From positions 1 to 26,893 of the forward strand of contig CBDANS010000003.1 in NCBI GenBank assembly GCA_965197745.1: a stretch of DNA of 26,893 nt. The letters run 5' to 3'. Source of the stretch: Opitutales bacterium (GTDB taxonomy: Bacteria; Verrucomicrobiota; Verrucomicrobiia; Opitutales; PNEW01). The position numbers and the translations under genes were made by a program. Shown piece by piece: positions 1 to 7,766 of the stretch (position 1 is the first letter of the stretch; each line of letters starts with the position of its first letter). Under the pieces are notes generated by a model. That model was given only the letters and a program-made list of their open reading frames with translations. It had not been told where the DNA came from and did not search any database.

Positions 1-1
1 C

Positions 2-670
2 ATCTACGACATGAAAAAGGGAAATGATCTTACGGTGGGCCGACGACTCGACTGGATATTAAACTTAATTCTATACACGGGACCTATCCTGGCAGGAGTC
101 TCGCTGGTAACCCATCTTATGATTAACGAGGAACAATTGGTAAAATTCCTGGACCTGGAGGAGCCATTTTTTGAGTGGGTGCCGGCGACAAGCCAGTATA
201 GTCATTACCTTACTTACGGAGTTCTGGCTCTGAGTGTCCCCTTTTTTCTATATTATTTCTACGCCTACTGGCGTCTTCGACAACAGGGCTATAAAGTTTC
301 CTATCAAAAAGTATTTCTCTATGCGATCCTCGCGGTCGTCTCGATTACCTGTTGGGGATTCAACTCCTTTGGTGAAGCGTTCTTTGTCATGAATTTCTTT
401 CACGCCTAGCAGTATTTTTTTATCGTCTGGCACCTGGAAAAGAAAAACATCACTTCATTTTTCCGGCTGGGTAATTTACGAGGAGGACAGCAGATCGCGC
501 TTACCCTTTTCATTTTAACCGGCATCGGGTTTGGCATTTGGCAAACGATGCATGGGGACACCTTTTCTTTATCTAACCGAACGATGGCGTCGATTCTGCT
601 GGTCGTCTCGGTCATGCATTTTTGGTACGATGGTTTTATCTGGTCGGTGAGAAAGGGCCAGGTTCAATAA
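2..670 (+). pseudogene. Polytopic membrane protein (His-containing FHAxQY...HFWYDGFIW family), 5'-truncated by the window edge and interrupted by an in-frame TAG at 407-409 (nonsense mutation, sequence error or readthrough)
   Basis: The frame is open from position 2 (IYDMKKGND...). After MNFFHA-TAG the same frame continues for 86 codons (QYFFIVW...VMHFWYDGFIWSVRKGQVQ-TAA at 668-670) with hydrophobic helices. Confidence 0.75.
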
Positions 671-713
671 TCGAAAACTGAATTTAGAGAAGCCGGTTAA
701 AAGCGGCAAGACC

Positions 714-1952
714 ATGACAGAGCCCAGCAATACAAACAATTTTATGGCAACGTTGATGGCGGTACTGGCAGGTCTATCGCCTTTGGCCCTGATGATATTG
801 TGGGGTATTTATGAACTTAAACAAACGACAACTGACGCTACCATAGAGGCTCATGCATTGACTTTAAAAGGAGAGAGCATGATGTCTCGCGGTGATTTTG
901 AAAATAGCGTTGTGGCTTTTCAACAATCATTGGTTTTGGATCCGCATTCCAGTAAAACGCACTACTCTCTTGGAGCAAGCTATGAATCAGAAGGCATGCT
1001 CGATCTTGCGATCAATCATTACCGCCAGGCGCTGGATATCGAACCCAACTATGCACAGGCACACAACAATATTGCTGCGGCGCTTGAATCGCAAGGCAAC
1101 ATTGATGAAGCAATCATGCACTTTCGACAGGCCCTGAAGAGTGATCCCGAATTTGCTCAGGCGCACAACAACCTGGCAATCGCGTTGAGAGCAAAAGGGA
1201 AACTTGATGAATCCGTCGCTCACTTAGAGCGGGCGCTGAAAATTGATCCCCATTACGCACAAGCATACAATAACCTGGCGACAGCGTTTAAAGCGCAAGG
1301 TAAACTGGATAAGGCGATCGATTATTATAAGCGGGCACTGGATCTCGATCCTGAGTATGCCGAGGCTCATAACAACCTGGCCACGATCCTTAAATTGCAG
1401 GGCAAGCTTGATGAAGCGGTCCACCATCTTCAACAGGCGATCGAGCTTGATTCTGAGTATCCACTAGCACACAGCAATTTAGGTATAGCTTATATTTCCC
1501 TGGGAAAGACAGATGAGGCAATTATTCAATTTCGTAGAGCCTTAGAGATCCAACCCAATTTTGACCAAGCACATGCCAATCTTGGAAATGTGCTCGTCTC
1601 TCAGGGCAAACTGATTGAAGCACTCGGACACTATCGCCAGGTCGCCAATGAAAATATGGTTGGTCCTTTGAATGGCATGGCCATAATCATGGCCACGCAC
1701 CCCGATCCAGGGGTCCGCGATGTTAAAGAAGCAATCCTTCTCGCCGAACGCGCTTCAGCGATTACTCATTATAAAAATGCTAAAATACTGAACACGCTGG
1801 CAGCCACCTATTTTGCTGCAGGGCATTTCGACAAAGCTGTAGAGACTGCGGAGAATGCAGCCGCGCTAGCTTCACAGGACAAGAATGCCGAACTAGCCGA
1901 CCAAATCCGCACCCGGCTCGAGCATTATCGACACCCAAAAGATGATCTCTAA
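714..1952 (+). CDS. Membrane-anchored tetratricopeptide repeat protein
   Basis: N-terminal hydrophobic helix and about 8 regular 34-aa TPRs (AQAHNNLA...GKLDEA..H...AL.IDP). The C-terminal module (LNGMAIIMATHPDPGVRDVKEAILLAERA...LNTLAATYFAAG) is of a type common in PVC bacteria. Confidence 0.92.
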   Translation: MTEPSNTNNFMATLMAVLAGLSPLALMILWGIYELKQTTTDATIEAHALTLKGESMMSRGDFENSVVAFQQSLVLDPHSSKTHYSLGASYESEGMLDLAINHYRQALDIEPNYAQAHNNIAAALESQGNIDEAIMHFRQALKSDPEFAQAHNNLAIALRAKGKLDESVAHLERALKIDPHYAQAYNNLATAFKAQGKLDKAIDYYKRALDLDPEYAEAHNNLATILKLQGKLDEAVHHLQQAIELDSEYPLAHSNLGIAYISLGKTDEAIIQFRRALEIQPNFDQAHANLGNVLVSQGKLIEALGHYRQVANENMVGPLNGMAIIMATHPDPGVRDVKEAILLAERASAITHYKNAKILNTLAATYFAAGHFDKAVETAENAAALASQDKNAELADQIRTRLEHYRHPKDDL

Positions 1953-1983
1953 AAAATCTTAATTACCGATTATTGAAGTGTCC

Positions 1984-2256
1984 TCACTCCGCCGTCGTCG
2001 GATCAATGACGGCTCTAATTACAGAAACATTATCAGCGGGAAAACCACCCCGCTCCGCATGCTCGCGGACTACAGCCTCATCCGGCGCGATATAGACACA
2101 GTAAATCTTGTTATCCGTAACATAGCTTTGAAGCCATTGGATTCTGGTCCCCATTTCATTTAAAACACCGCAGGATTTCTGGGAGATTTCCTGCAGATCC
2201 TGAGCGGATAATTTTCCCGCGTCCGGAATTTCACGTTCGATTACATATTTTGGCAT
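1984..2256 (-). CDS. DUF4242 domain protein
   Basis: 90 aa, MPKYVIERE...IQWLQSYVT..KIYCVYIAPDE..VREHA..GGFPA...IDPTTAE, matching the family pattern. Confidence 0.88.
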   Translation of the reverse strand: MPKYVIEREIPDAGKLSAQDLQEISQKSCGVLNEMGTRIQWLQSYVTDNKIYCVYIAPDEAVVREHAERGGFPADNVSVIRAVIDPTTAE

Positions 2257-2289
2257 AATTGTTTTTAATTATTTTTGAGTGTTTCGTAA

Positions 2290-2868
2290 TTATTCTCCGC
2301 TGTCTATACCGGAATTATTTAAAGCAGAATCAAGGTAGGGGCGAAAATGAGGGAAATCGGGTGTTTCCAGCTTGGGCACTTTTGCTGAATCGTCCCAACG
2401 TCTTACCGATATAGCCTCGGTCGCGAAGGGTTCCGTTTCAAATGCTTTTACCTCGTCAGGGTTCATGGGGCCACCCTGGTCTTTCAAGCTTCTTAAGGAC
2501 ATCTCGGACAATTTTTTTATATATTTTTCATCGACCGCGCAAAGATAGCGTTTTGCTGGGACATGGAGCTTCACCGGATCAGAGACTTCGGGGCTAAAGT
2601 GTGCGCTCAACCAACGGTATCCAATCTCTTCGTGAAAGTTATCAGCGTTTTCAATTTTAAATTTATCCGCGCCATTTGGATCTGAAGCATTTATAATGTG
2701 ACCAATGTCATGAAGCAAAGCCGCAGCTATTTGACTTGAAGACGCACTTCTCTTTTCCGCAAGGGTCGCGGCCTGCAAGGCATGTTCTTTCTGGGTAACA
2801 GCCTCTCCTAAATATACCCTGTCACCGTAATCAGCGAAGAGCGCTATTACCTCGTCAATGATATTCAT
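2290..2868 (-). CDS. PhnZ/TmpB-like HD-domain diiron oxygenase (phosphonate C-P cleavage family)
   Basis: Motifs YLGEAVTQKEHALQAA, AALLHDIGH, HEEIG, LHVPAKRYLC, SLRSLKDQGGPM and RRWDDSAK supply the iron-ligand and phosphonate-binding pattern of PhnZ. Confidence 0.85.
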   Translation of the reverse strand: MNIIDEVIALFADYGDRVYLGEAVTQKEHALQAATLAEKRSASSSQIAAALLHDIGHIINASDPNGADKFKIENADNFHEEIGYRWLSAHFSPEVSDPVKLHVPAKRYLCAVDEKYIKKLSEMSLRSLKDQGGPMNPDEVKAFETEPFATEAISVRRWDDSAKVPKLETPDFPHFRPYLDSALNNSGIDSGE

Positions 2869-2920
2869 AATTGTTTTTATACACGAAAGATAAGCTTAAT
2901 GACACTTTTTTTAAAATCTC

Positions 2921-3916
2921 TCAATGATCTATACCCCTAATTCCCGGAAACACCTTACCTAATTTATCAAGTTTATCGTGGAGTTCGGCAGGAAGTGGTC
3001 CCGTGGCCGAACATCTCACATTCTCTTCGAGCTGCTCGATCGTTGCCGGGCCCGGGATGACCGCGGTAATGTCGGGATCTGCAAGGATGAATCGCATCGC
3101 CAATTCCGCCAGAGACAGGCCTGATTCCTTTTGAATGTCATACAATGCCCTGAATCGTATTCGCGTATCTTCATTCATCCAAGCCGGGGGATCTTCGAGC
3201 CATTCTTCATGGGGAACGGAGAGACGCCCTTGCTGTAATGGAGTACCGATGATAACACCCACGCCCAATTCATTCGTCAGGGGGAGAAGATATTCTTTGG
3301 CATTACGCCAAATTAAACTGTAGGCAAAGGCCATAAGGACAACATCGATATCCAGGTTTATTTCCTTCAACACTTTGGCCATCAGATGCGCGTTGTTTCC
3401 CGAAATGCCCAGGTAACGGGTCAATCCCTGGTCTTTAACCCACTGTAGAAATTGAGCAACCGGTGAAGCCGCGTAATCGTAGTCAGTATGCAAATCAATT
3501 ACCCGTTTCGATCTTGGGATCTCCATATCTTCCCAGTAAACCGCCCAATCCGCCTCATGAATATAAAAGATGTCCACTGATTCACGTCGGAGATCGTTCA
3601 GGGTGTTTTCGAACTGAACCTTATAAGCATCGATATCGCGGTAAGGACCGGTTTTGAAATCCCAACGACCGCACTTGGTGCCGAGAATATAATCTCCCTT
3701 ATACCCATCGAGCGCTTCACCGAGAACTTCATGCGAATTGTTGTAGAACGGCGAGGCGTCGATATAATTCACTCCAAGCTCGAGCGCGCGCTTTACTACA
3801 CGTATTCCGTCATCCATTTTTACCCCCAATTCATCGGTGATAAAGACACTCCCAAAAGATACCTCGGTGATCGATTGCCCCGTTTTGCCTAAAGCGCGTT
3901 TTTTTATAGAGCTCAT
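2921..3916 (-). CDS. Aldo/keto reductase (sugar dehydrogenase-like subgroup)
   Basis: KRALGKTG, GVNYIDASPFY, TKCGR, IHE, LGISG, GTPLQQG and IPGPATIEQLEEN motifs. Start moved from 3961 to ATG 3916, which overlaps the upstream stop (ATGA). Confidence 0.9.
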   Translation of the reverse strand: MSSIKKRALGKTGQSITEVSFGSVFITDELGVKMDDGIRVVKRALELGVNYIDASPFYNNSHEVLGEALDGYKGDYILGTKCGRWDFKTGPYRDIDAYKVQFENTLNDLRRESVDIFYIHEADWAVYWEDMEIPRSKRVIDLHTDYDYAASPVAQFLQWVKDQGLTRYLGISGNNAHLMAKVLKEINLDIDVVLMAFAYSLIWRNAKEYLLPLTNELGVGVIIGTPLQQGRLSVPHEEWLEDPPAWMNEDTRIRFRALYDIQKESGLSLAELAMRFILADPDITAVIPGPATIEQLEENVRCSATGPLPAELHDKLDKLGKVFPGIRGIDH

Positions 3917-4701
3917 ATACCTAATCCTTTTCGAATAAAATCCCGACTCGCTTGCGCGCATTCAAGGGGCGTCTTGCATCCCATTGGAGCATTCTGCTCC
4001 ACGGTAATCCAGCCACGGTAGCGTTTATCTTTCAGAATCCTGAATACACTGTCATAGTCACAACAACCCGCTCCAACCTCAGTCTTTAACTGGTATTTTT
4101 CTGACCAGTCTTTAAACTCGAGAAAATCAATACGCTCCCAGTTGCGCTCGAGAAAAATTGAGGCGCGTTGCGCGACCGGATGACCAACAAAATCCTGGGT
4201 AGCGTGTCCCACATCGAGGAAACCGAAAAACTTATGGGGATTCGTTTTTCCGATGAGTGATTCCACTTCTTCAAGGGTCTCACCGGCTTGACCTGAATGA
4301 TTGTGATAACAGGCACGAACACCATAGGAAAGGGCAATCTCACCGATACGGTTAAGGATATCGGCTATCATATCCATATCCGCATCTTTTTTCGCCAGAC
4401 CGCCAATCGTCACGAGGTGCTTCGCCCCGAGTTTTTGCATTATCTCGCATACGCGTTTAAGCCGGTCAAAGTCACGATCGATACCGTAGTCGACACTAGC
4501 CAGTGATAAACCTGCGTCATGCAATCGCTCCACAAAATCTGTCTCTTCGGTATAGCGGATCAATTCTCCTTCAAATGTCGCGACCCCGTCATAACCAGCG
4601 GCATTTACTTCGCTGACCCAACTCGGCATCATATCATTGGGGAGGTTGCTGCCCCACATAAGACTCATACACGCGAAATTGATTCCGGGATTATTGGTCA
4701 C
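3913..4701 (-). CDS. Sugar phosphate isomerase/epimerase (xylose-isomerase-like TIM barrel, IolE-like)
   Basis: AGYDGV, YHNH, LDVGHA, EFKDW, EVGAG, YRGWITVEQ motifs. GTG start 3 nt after the upstream stop. Confidence 0.85.
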   Translation of the reverse strand: MTNNPGINFACMSLMWGSNLPNDMMPSWVSEVNAAGYDGVATFEGELIRYTEETDFVERLHDAGLSLASVDYGIDRDFDRLKRVCEIMQKLGAKHLVTIGGLAKKDADMDMIADILNRIGEIALSYGVRACYHNHSGQAGETLEEVESLIGKTNPHKFFGFLDVGHATQDFVGHPVAQRASIFLERNWERIDFLEFKDWSEKYQLKTEVGAGCCDYDSVFRILKDKRYRGWITVEQNAPMGCKTPLECAQASRDFIRKGLGI

Positions 4702-4704
4702 AAA

Positions 4705-5205
4705 TCAAGATGATGCACCAGCCGGTGATGGCCGGGTGAGAAGAAGCTTAAAGATAATAATGTGCGTGACCAACAAAAGAGGAACGATGACGGCGGGAAT
4801 AAAATAGGTCGAACCAAAATGACCCGTTGCGTTGTGACGGAATCCTTGAAACAAGGCATTGAGCAGATCGAGAAACCCGACAATGTTGAAGACCCAAACC
4901 AGGGGTATCGCGATCGAAGCATTGAGACGCAAAGCAAATAATGCGAGCAAGGCCAGGACTGCGGCCAGGAGATCACCATAGGCAGCGGGATTAGCAAAGC
5001 GCGGGTCCAATACCTCAGCGGTGACTCCCTGGATAAGAAATGCCAGGCCGATGTAGCGAAAACCATGTAGAAGCAAGAGCGGAGTGAGCGCGTCTTTTCG
5101 AGATTGCCGGGAAAGCCATGGCATAAAATACCATTTTGCAATCAGGCTATAGCACAATATTCCTATAGCAATACTCAGCGGTAAGAATAAATCAGTTATC
5201 ATCAA
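4705..5205 (-). CDS. Conserved hypothetical integral membrane protein (about 4-5 TM helices)
   Basis: Hydrophobic 166-aa ORF (HGFRYIGLAFL, AAYGDLLAA, WVFNIVGFLDL). AAGGAG Shine-Dalgarno at 5216-5211; start is TTG 5205 or ATG 5202. Confidence 0.8.
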   Translation of the reverse strand: MMITDLFLPLSIAIGILCYSLIAKWYFMPWLSRQSRKDALTPLLLLHGFRYIGLAFLIQGVTAEVLDPRFANPAAYGDLLAAVLALLALFALRLNASIAIPLVWVFNIVGFLDLLNALFQGFRHNATGHFGSTYFIPAVIVPLLLVTHIIIFKLLLTRPSPAGASS

Positions 5206-5484
5206 TTGTACTCCTTATTTTATTGTTTTTACCGATATTAATAGCACCTGAGACAAGAATATACATATGAGAATGATGCGGTGTAGACGTGGCAATAAAT
5301 AATTTAATCAATAAAAATGAGAAATAAACAGCAGGATGAAAACATTAAGCCTTATATAAAAAATCGGATGGTTAAGGTAACCGGGCAACCATGGGAAAAT
5401 CTTTACTTTTTACGCAACAAATGATGGGAATTAGAACCTTTGCACCCCATCCACAGGTTAAAATAACATCGATTAAATAATTCA

Positions 5485-7569
5485 TTGATCAAGACGCTTA
5501 AAATTTTCCTGTTCATTACCGCGCTTGTTAGTGTACCCGTGCATTTACGTTCAGAAATAATAAATCTTCCTGAAATACAGGTGTCCGGTCGCCGTTACTC
5601 AGGAGAAGAATGGAAAAACCCTTACTCTGACACTTTTCTCGAACGCAGCTTTATTGAAACCGCACCCCAGAGAAGACTTGATGATGCTTTAAGAAGTATA
5701 CCCGGATTCAGCCTCTTTCGAAGAAGCAGCAGTCGCGTTGCGCATCCCACAACGCAAGGGGTAAGTCTGCGCAATCTCGGACCCAACGGTGCAGGGAGAA
5801 CATTGGTTTTACTCGACGGTATTCCCCTCAATGATCCCTTCGGTGGCTGGGTATACTGGAACCGTTTACCAGCTGCCGATGTAGAAGGGATAGAAATGCT
5901 CAAGGGCGGCGGTGCCGGTCCGTGGGGGAACGCGGCCCTGGGCGGAGTGATCCACGTGTTCTCCCAACATCCTCAAGATGACTTCGCACTGGTAGAAGCA
6001 TCCGGAGGAAACAGGGGGACATCAGATATTACCCTGACGGCGCAGAATACTTCTGAAGACCTTGATCTATTTATTACCGCCAATCGATTTTCAACAGATG
6101 GCTACCCTATCCTGCGAGAGGATCAAAGAGGGCCGATCGATCGCGACGCATTTTCTGAATCGGAGTTAATTAAAGGCGGTTTCCGCTGGCGCGTCACCGA
6201 TAACAACACCCTGACTTTCCGCGCTTCCTATTTTAATGAAGATCGAGGCAACGGAACTCCGCTAGCCACCAATGACACGGAAGCATACGACGCGAGTGTC
6301 AGTCTGAGCGGTTCAACTCAGAGCAACGATACCACATGGCAAACGCAGTTTTTTTATCAAAACCGTCAATTTCGAAATCAGTTCACTTCCGTTAACGCCG
6401 AACGTGATTCGGAAAATCCCGCGCTCGAACAATTCGATGTTCCCGCGGAATCCTGGGGAGGTAATGCCGTCTTCAATACGTCATGGGGGGGTGCTCATCA
6501 ACTATTAGCCGGTGCAGACGCACGCTATGTCGAGGGTGCTACTAATGAGCGATTCTTTTATACAGATACTTTTTATAACCGCGAAAGGTATGCCGGTGGC
6601 GAACAAACACTCTATGGCTTTTTTCTTGAAGATGTCTGGGAGATGTCACCCGCGTTCAACTTGACGATGGGTGGGCGCATTGATTATTGGAGCATTAATA
6701 ACGGGCGCCGAAGCCAGGTCGACCTGGTGAGCGGTAAAATACTTCGCGATGAAACCTTTCCGGATCGCGATGAATGGGTGGGTGATTTTCGTTTGGGCAT
6801 GAGTTATAACTTCAACGATAACCTGCGAGCGCGCGGCGCCTTTTACACGGGTTTTCGCGCTCCCACCCTCAATGAATTATATCGTCCTTTTCGCGTGCGC
6901 GTCGATATCACCGAAGCAAACCCGCAACTTGAAAAGGAGAGCCTTTATGGGGGAGAAGTCGGACTGGAATATCTAAGCAACGATAATTTCAGTTTCAGGC
7001 TGACCTACTTTCTCAACTATTTAGAAGACCCCATTGCCAACGCCACCATAGGCTTCGGACCGGGACCTGTCGACCCCTGCGGTTTTGTTCCGGGCGGCGG
7101 CACATGCCGCCAGCGGAGAAATCTCGGCCAGGCGCGCATTGGCGGCATTGAAATTGATGGGGTATGGAAACCAACTGAGCAATGGAGTTTTTCCGCCAGC
7201 TATTTATACAGTGACTCGGAAATTACAGACAGCCCTGAGCAGTTAGAACTCGAAAACAATCGTTTAGCCCAATCACCAAAACACATGTTCAGCTTCTCAT
7301 TAGTCTGGACGCCCTCCCCAAAATGGAGAAACAGCATGCAGCTTCGCTATACCAGCAGCCAGTTTGAAAACGATCTCAACACCCTTGAGCTGGATTCCTA
7401 CGCCGTGCTCGACTTTTCAATCGCCTATAAGTTTAATAAAAAATTAGAGGGATTCTTTTCATTAGAAAACGCGTTTGATACAGAATTTGAAACCGGTATC
7501 GCATCCAATGGTCTGGTATCGATCGGGGCCCCCCTGCTAGCCAGTGCGGGGCTACGCTGGCGCTTGTAA
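5485..7569 (+). CDS. TonB-dependent outer-membrane receptor (candidate lanthanide/lanthanophore or PQQ importer)
   Basis: Signal peptide, TonB-box-like EIQVSG, plug (LDDALRSIPG...VLLDGIPLND...IEMLKGGGAGPWGNAALGGVI), barrel motifs GFRAPTLNELY, NPQLEKE and ENAFD. The substrate is inferred from context only. Confidence 0.93.
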   Translation: MIKTLKIFLFITALVSVPVHLRSEIINLPEIQVSGRRYSGEEWKNPYSDTFLERSFIETAPQRRLDDALRSIPGFSLFRRSSSRVAHPTTQGVSLRNLGPNGAGRTLVLLDGIPLNDPFGGWVYWNRLPAADVEGIEMLKGGGAGPWGNAALGGVIHVFSQHPQDDFALVEASGGNRGTSDITLTAQNTSEDLDLFITANRFSTDGYPILREDQRGPIDRDAFSESELIKGGFRWRVTDNNTLTFRASYFNEDRGNGTPLATNDTEAYDASVSLSGSTQSNDTTWQTQFFYQNRQFRNQFTSVNAERDSENPALEQFDVPAESWGGNAVFNTSWGGAHQLLAGADARYVEGATNERFFYTDTFYNRERYAGGEQTLYGFFLEDVWEMSPAFNLTMGGRIDYWSINNGRRSQVDLVSGKILRDETFPDRDEWVGDFRLGMSYNFNDNLRARGAFYTGFRAPTLNELYRPFRVRVDITEANPQLEKESLYGGEVGLEYLSNDNFSFRLTYFLNYLEDPIANATIGFGPGPVDPCGFVPGGGTCRQRRNLGQARIGGIEIDGVWKPTEQWSFSASYLYSDSEITDSPEQLELENNRLAQSPKHMFSFSLVWTPSPKWRNSMQLRYTSSQFENDLNTLELDSYAVLDFSIAYKFNKKLEGFFSLENAFDTEFETGIASNGLVSIGAPLLASAGLRWRL

Positions 7570-7681
7570 TAAGTAATTGGTTGCCAAGATGATAATTATA
7601 AGCAATAGTCATAGTGCGGATTTTAAATCGACGTTTGATTTTAAGCTATTCTATACCTCTATCCTAATAAATTTGAATTTA

Positions 7682-7712
7682 CTTGACAGTATTATCGCTC
7701 AAGCAAAACAGT
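7682..7712 (+). promoter_or_regulatory. Putative xoxF promoter: consensus -35 TTGACA inside a CTTGA-N12-TCAAG inverted repeat
   Basis: TTGACA at 7683-7688; inverted-repeat arms at 7682-7686 and 7699-7703. The -10 is poor. An AGAGG Shine-Dalgarno lies just before ATG 7767. Confidence 0.4.
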
Positions 7713-7766
7713 TTATTTAACCCCATTTTTAAAAGACATAATTATTAAATATAAAAGAGGAAAAAT

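Noticed and set aside
407..409. Genome-wide stop-codon reassignment or pyrrolysine
   Set aside because: Only one in-frame TAG and one in-frame TAA occur among about 25 genes. TAG ends rpsR and xoxG at plausible positions, TAA is the commonest stop, and no pyl genes are in the window.
950..1640. About 102-nt periodic repeats resembling a CRISPR or tandem array
   Set aside because: They are degenerate in-frame TPR coding units with no unique spacers and no cas genes. The repeats at 12620-13510 are likewise propeller blades.
2290..2868. myo-inositol oxygenase (suggested by the nearby IolE-like gene)
   Set aside because: The length and the K/S/Q/R phosphonate-binding motif set match PhnZ/TmpB rather than MIOX.
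3917..3961. N-terminal extension of the AKR given in the ORF track
   Set aside because: It overlaps the upstream gene. ATG 3916 gives a canonical ATGA coupling and a typical AKR N-terminus.
4698..5141. 147-aa alternative-frame ORF and the other short nested or antisense ORFs in the track (e.g. 406-615, 10836-11153, 13538-13858, 16914-17288)
   Set aside because: They are shadows of well-supported genes and show no motifs or initiation signals.
5206..5484. Cobalamin or TPP riboswitch, or Fur box, upstream of the TBDR
   Set aside because: No B12-box architecture, TPP core or GATAATGATAATCATTATC-like site is recognisable by eye; an Rfam scan would settle it.
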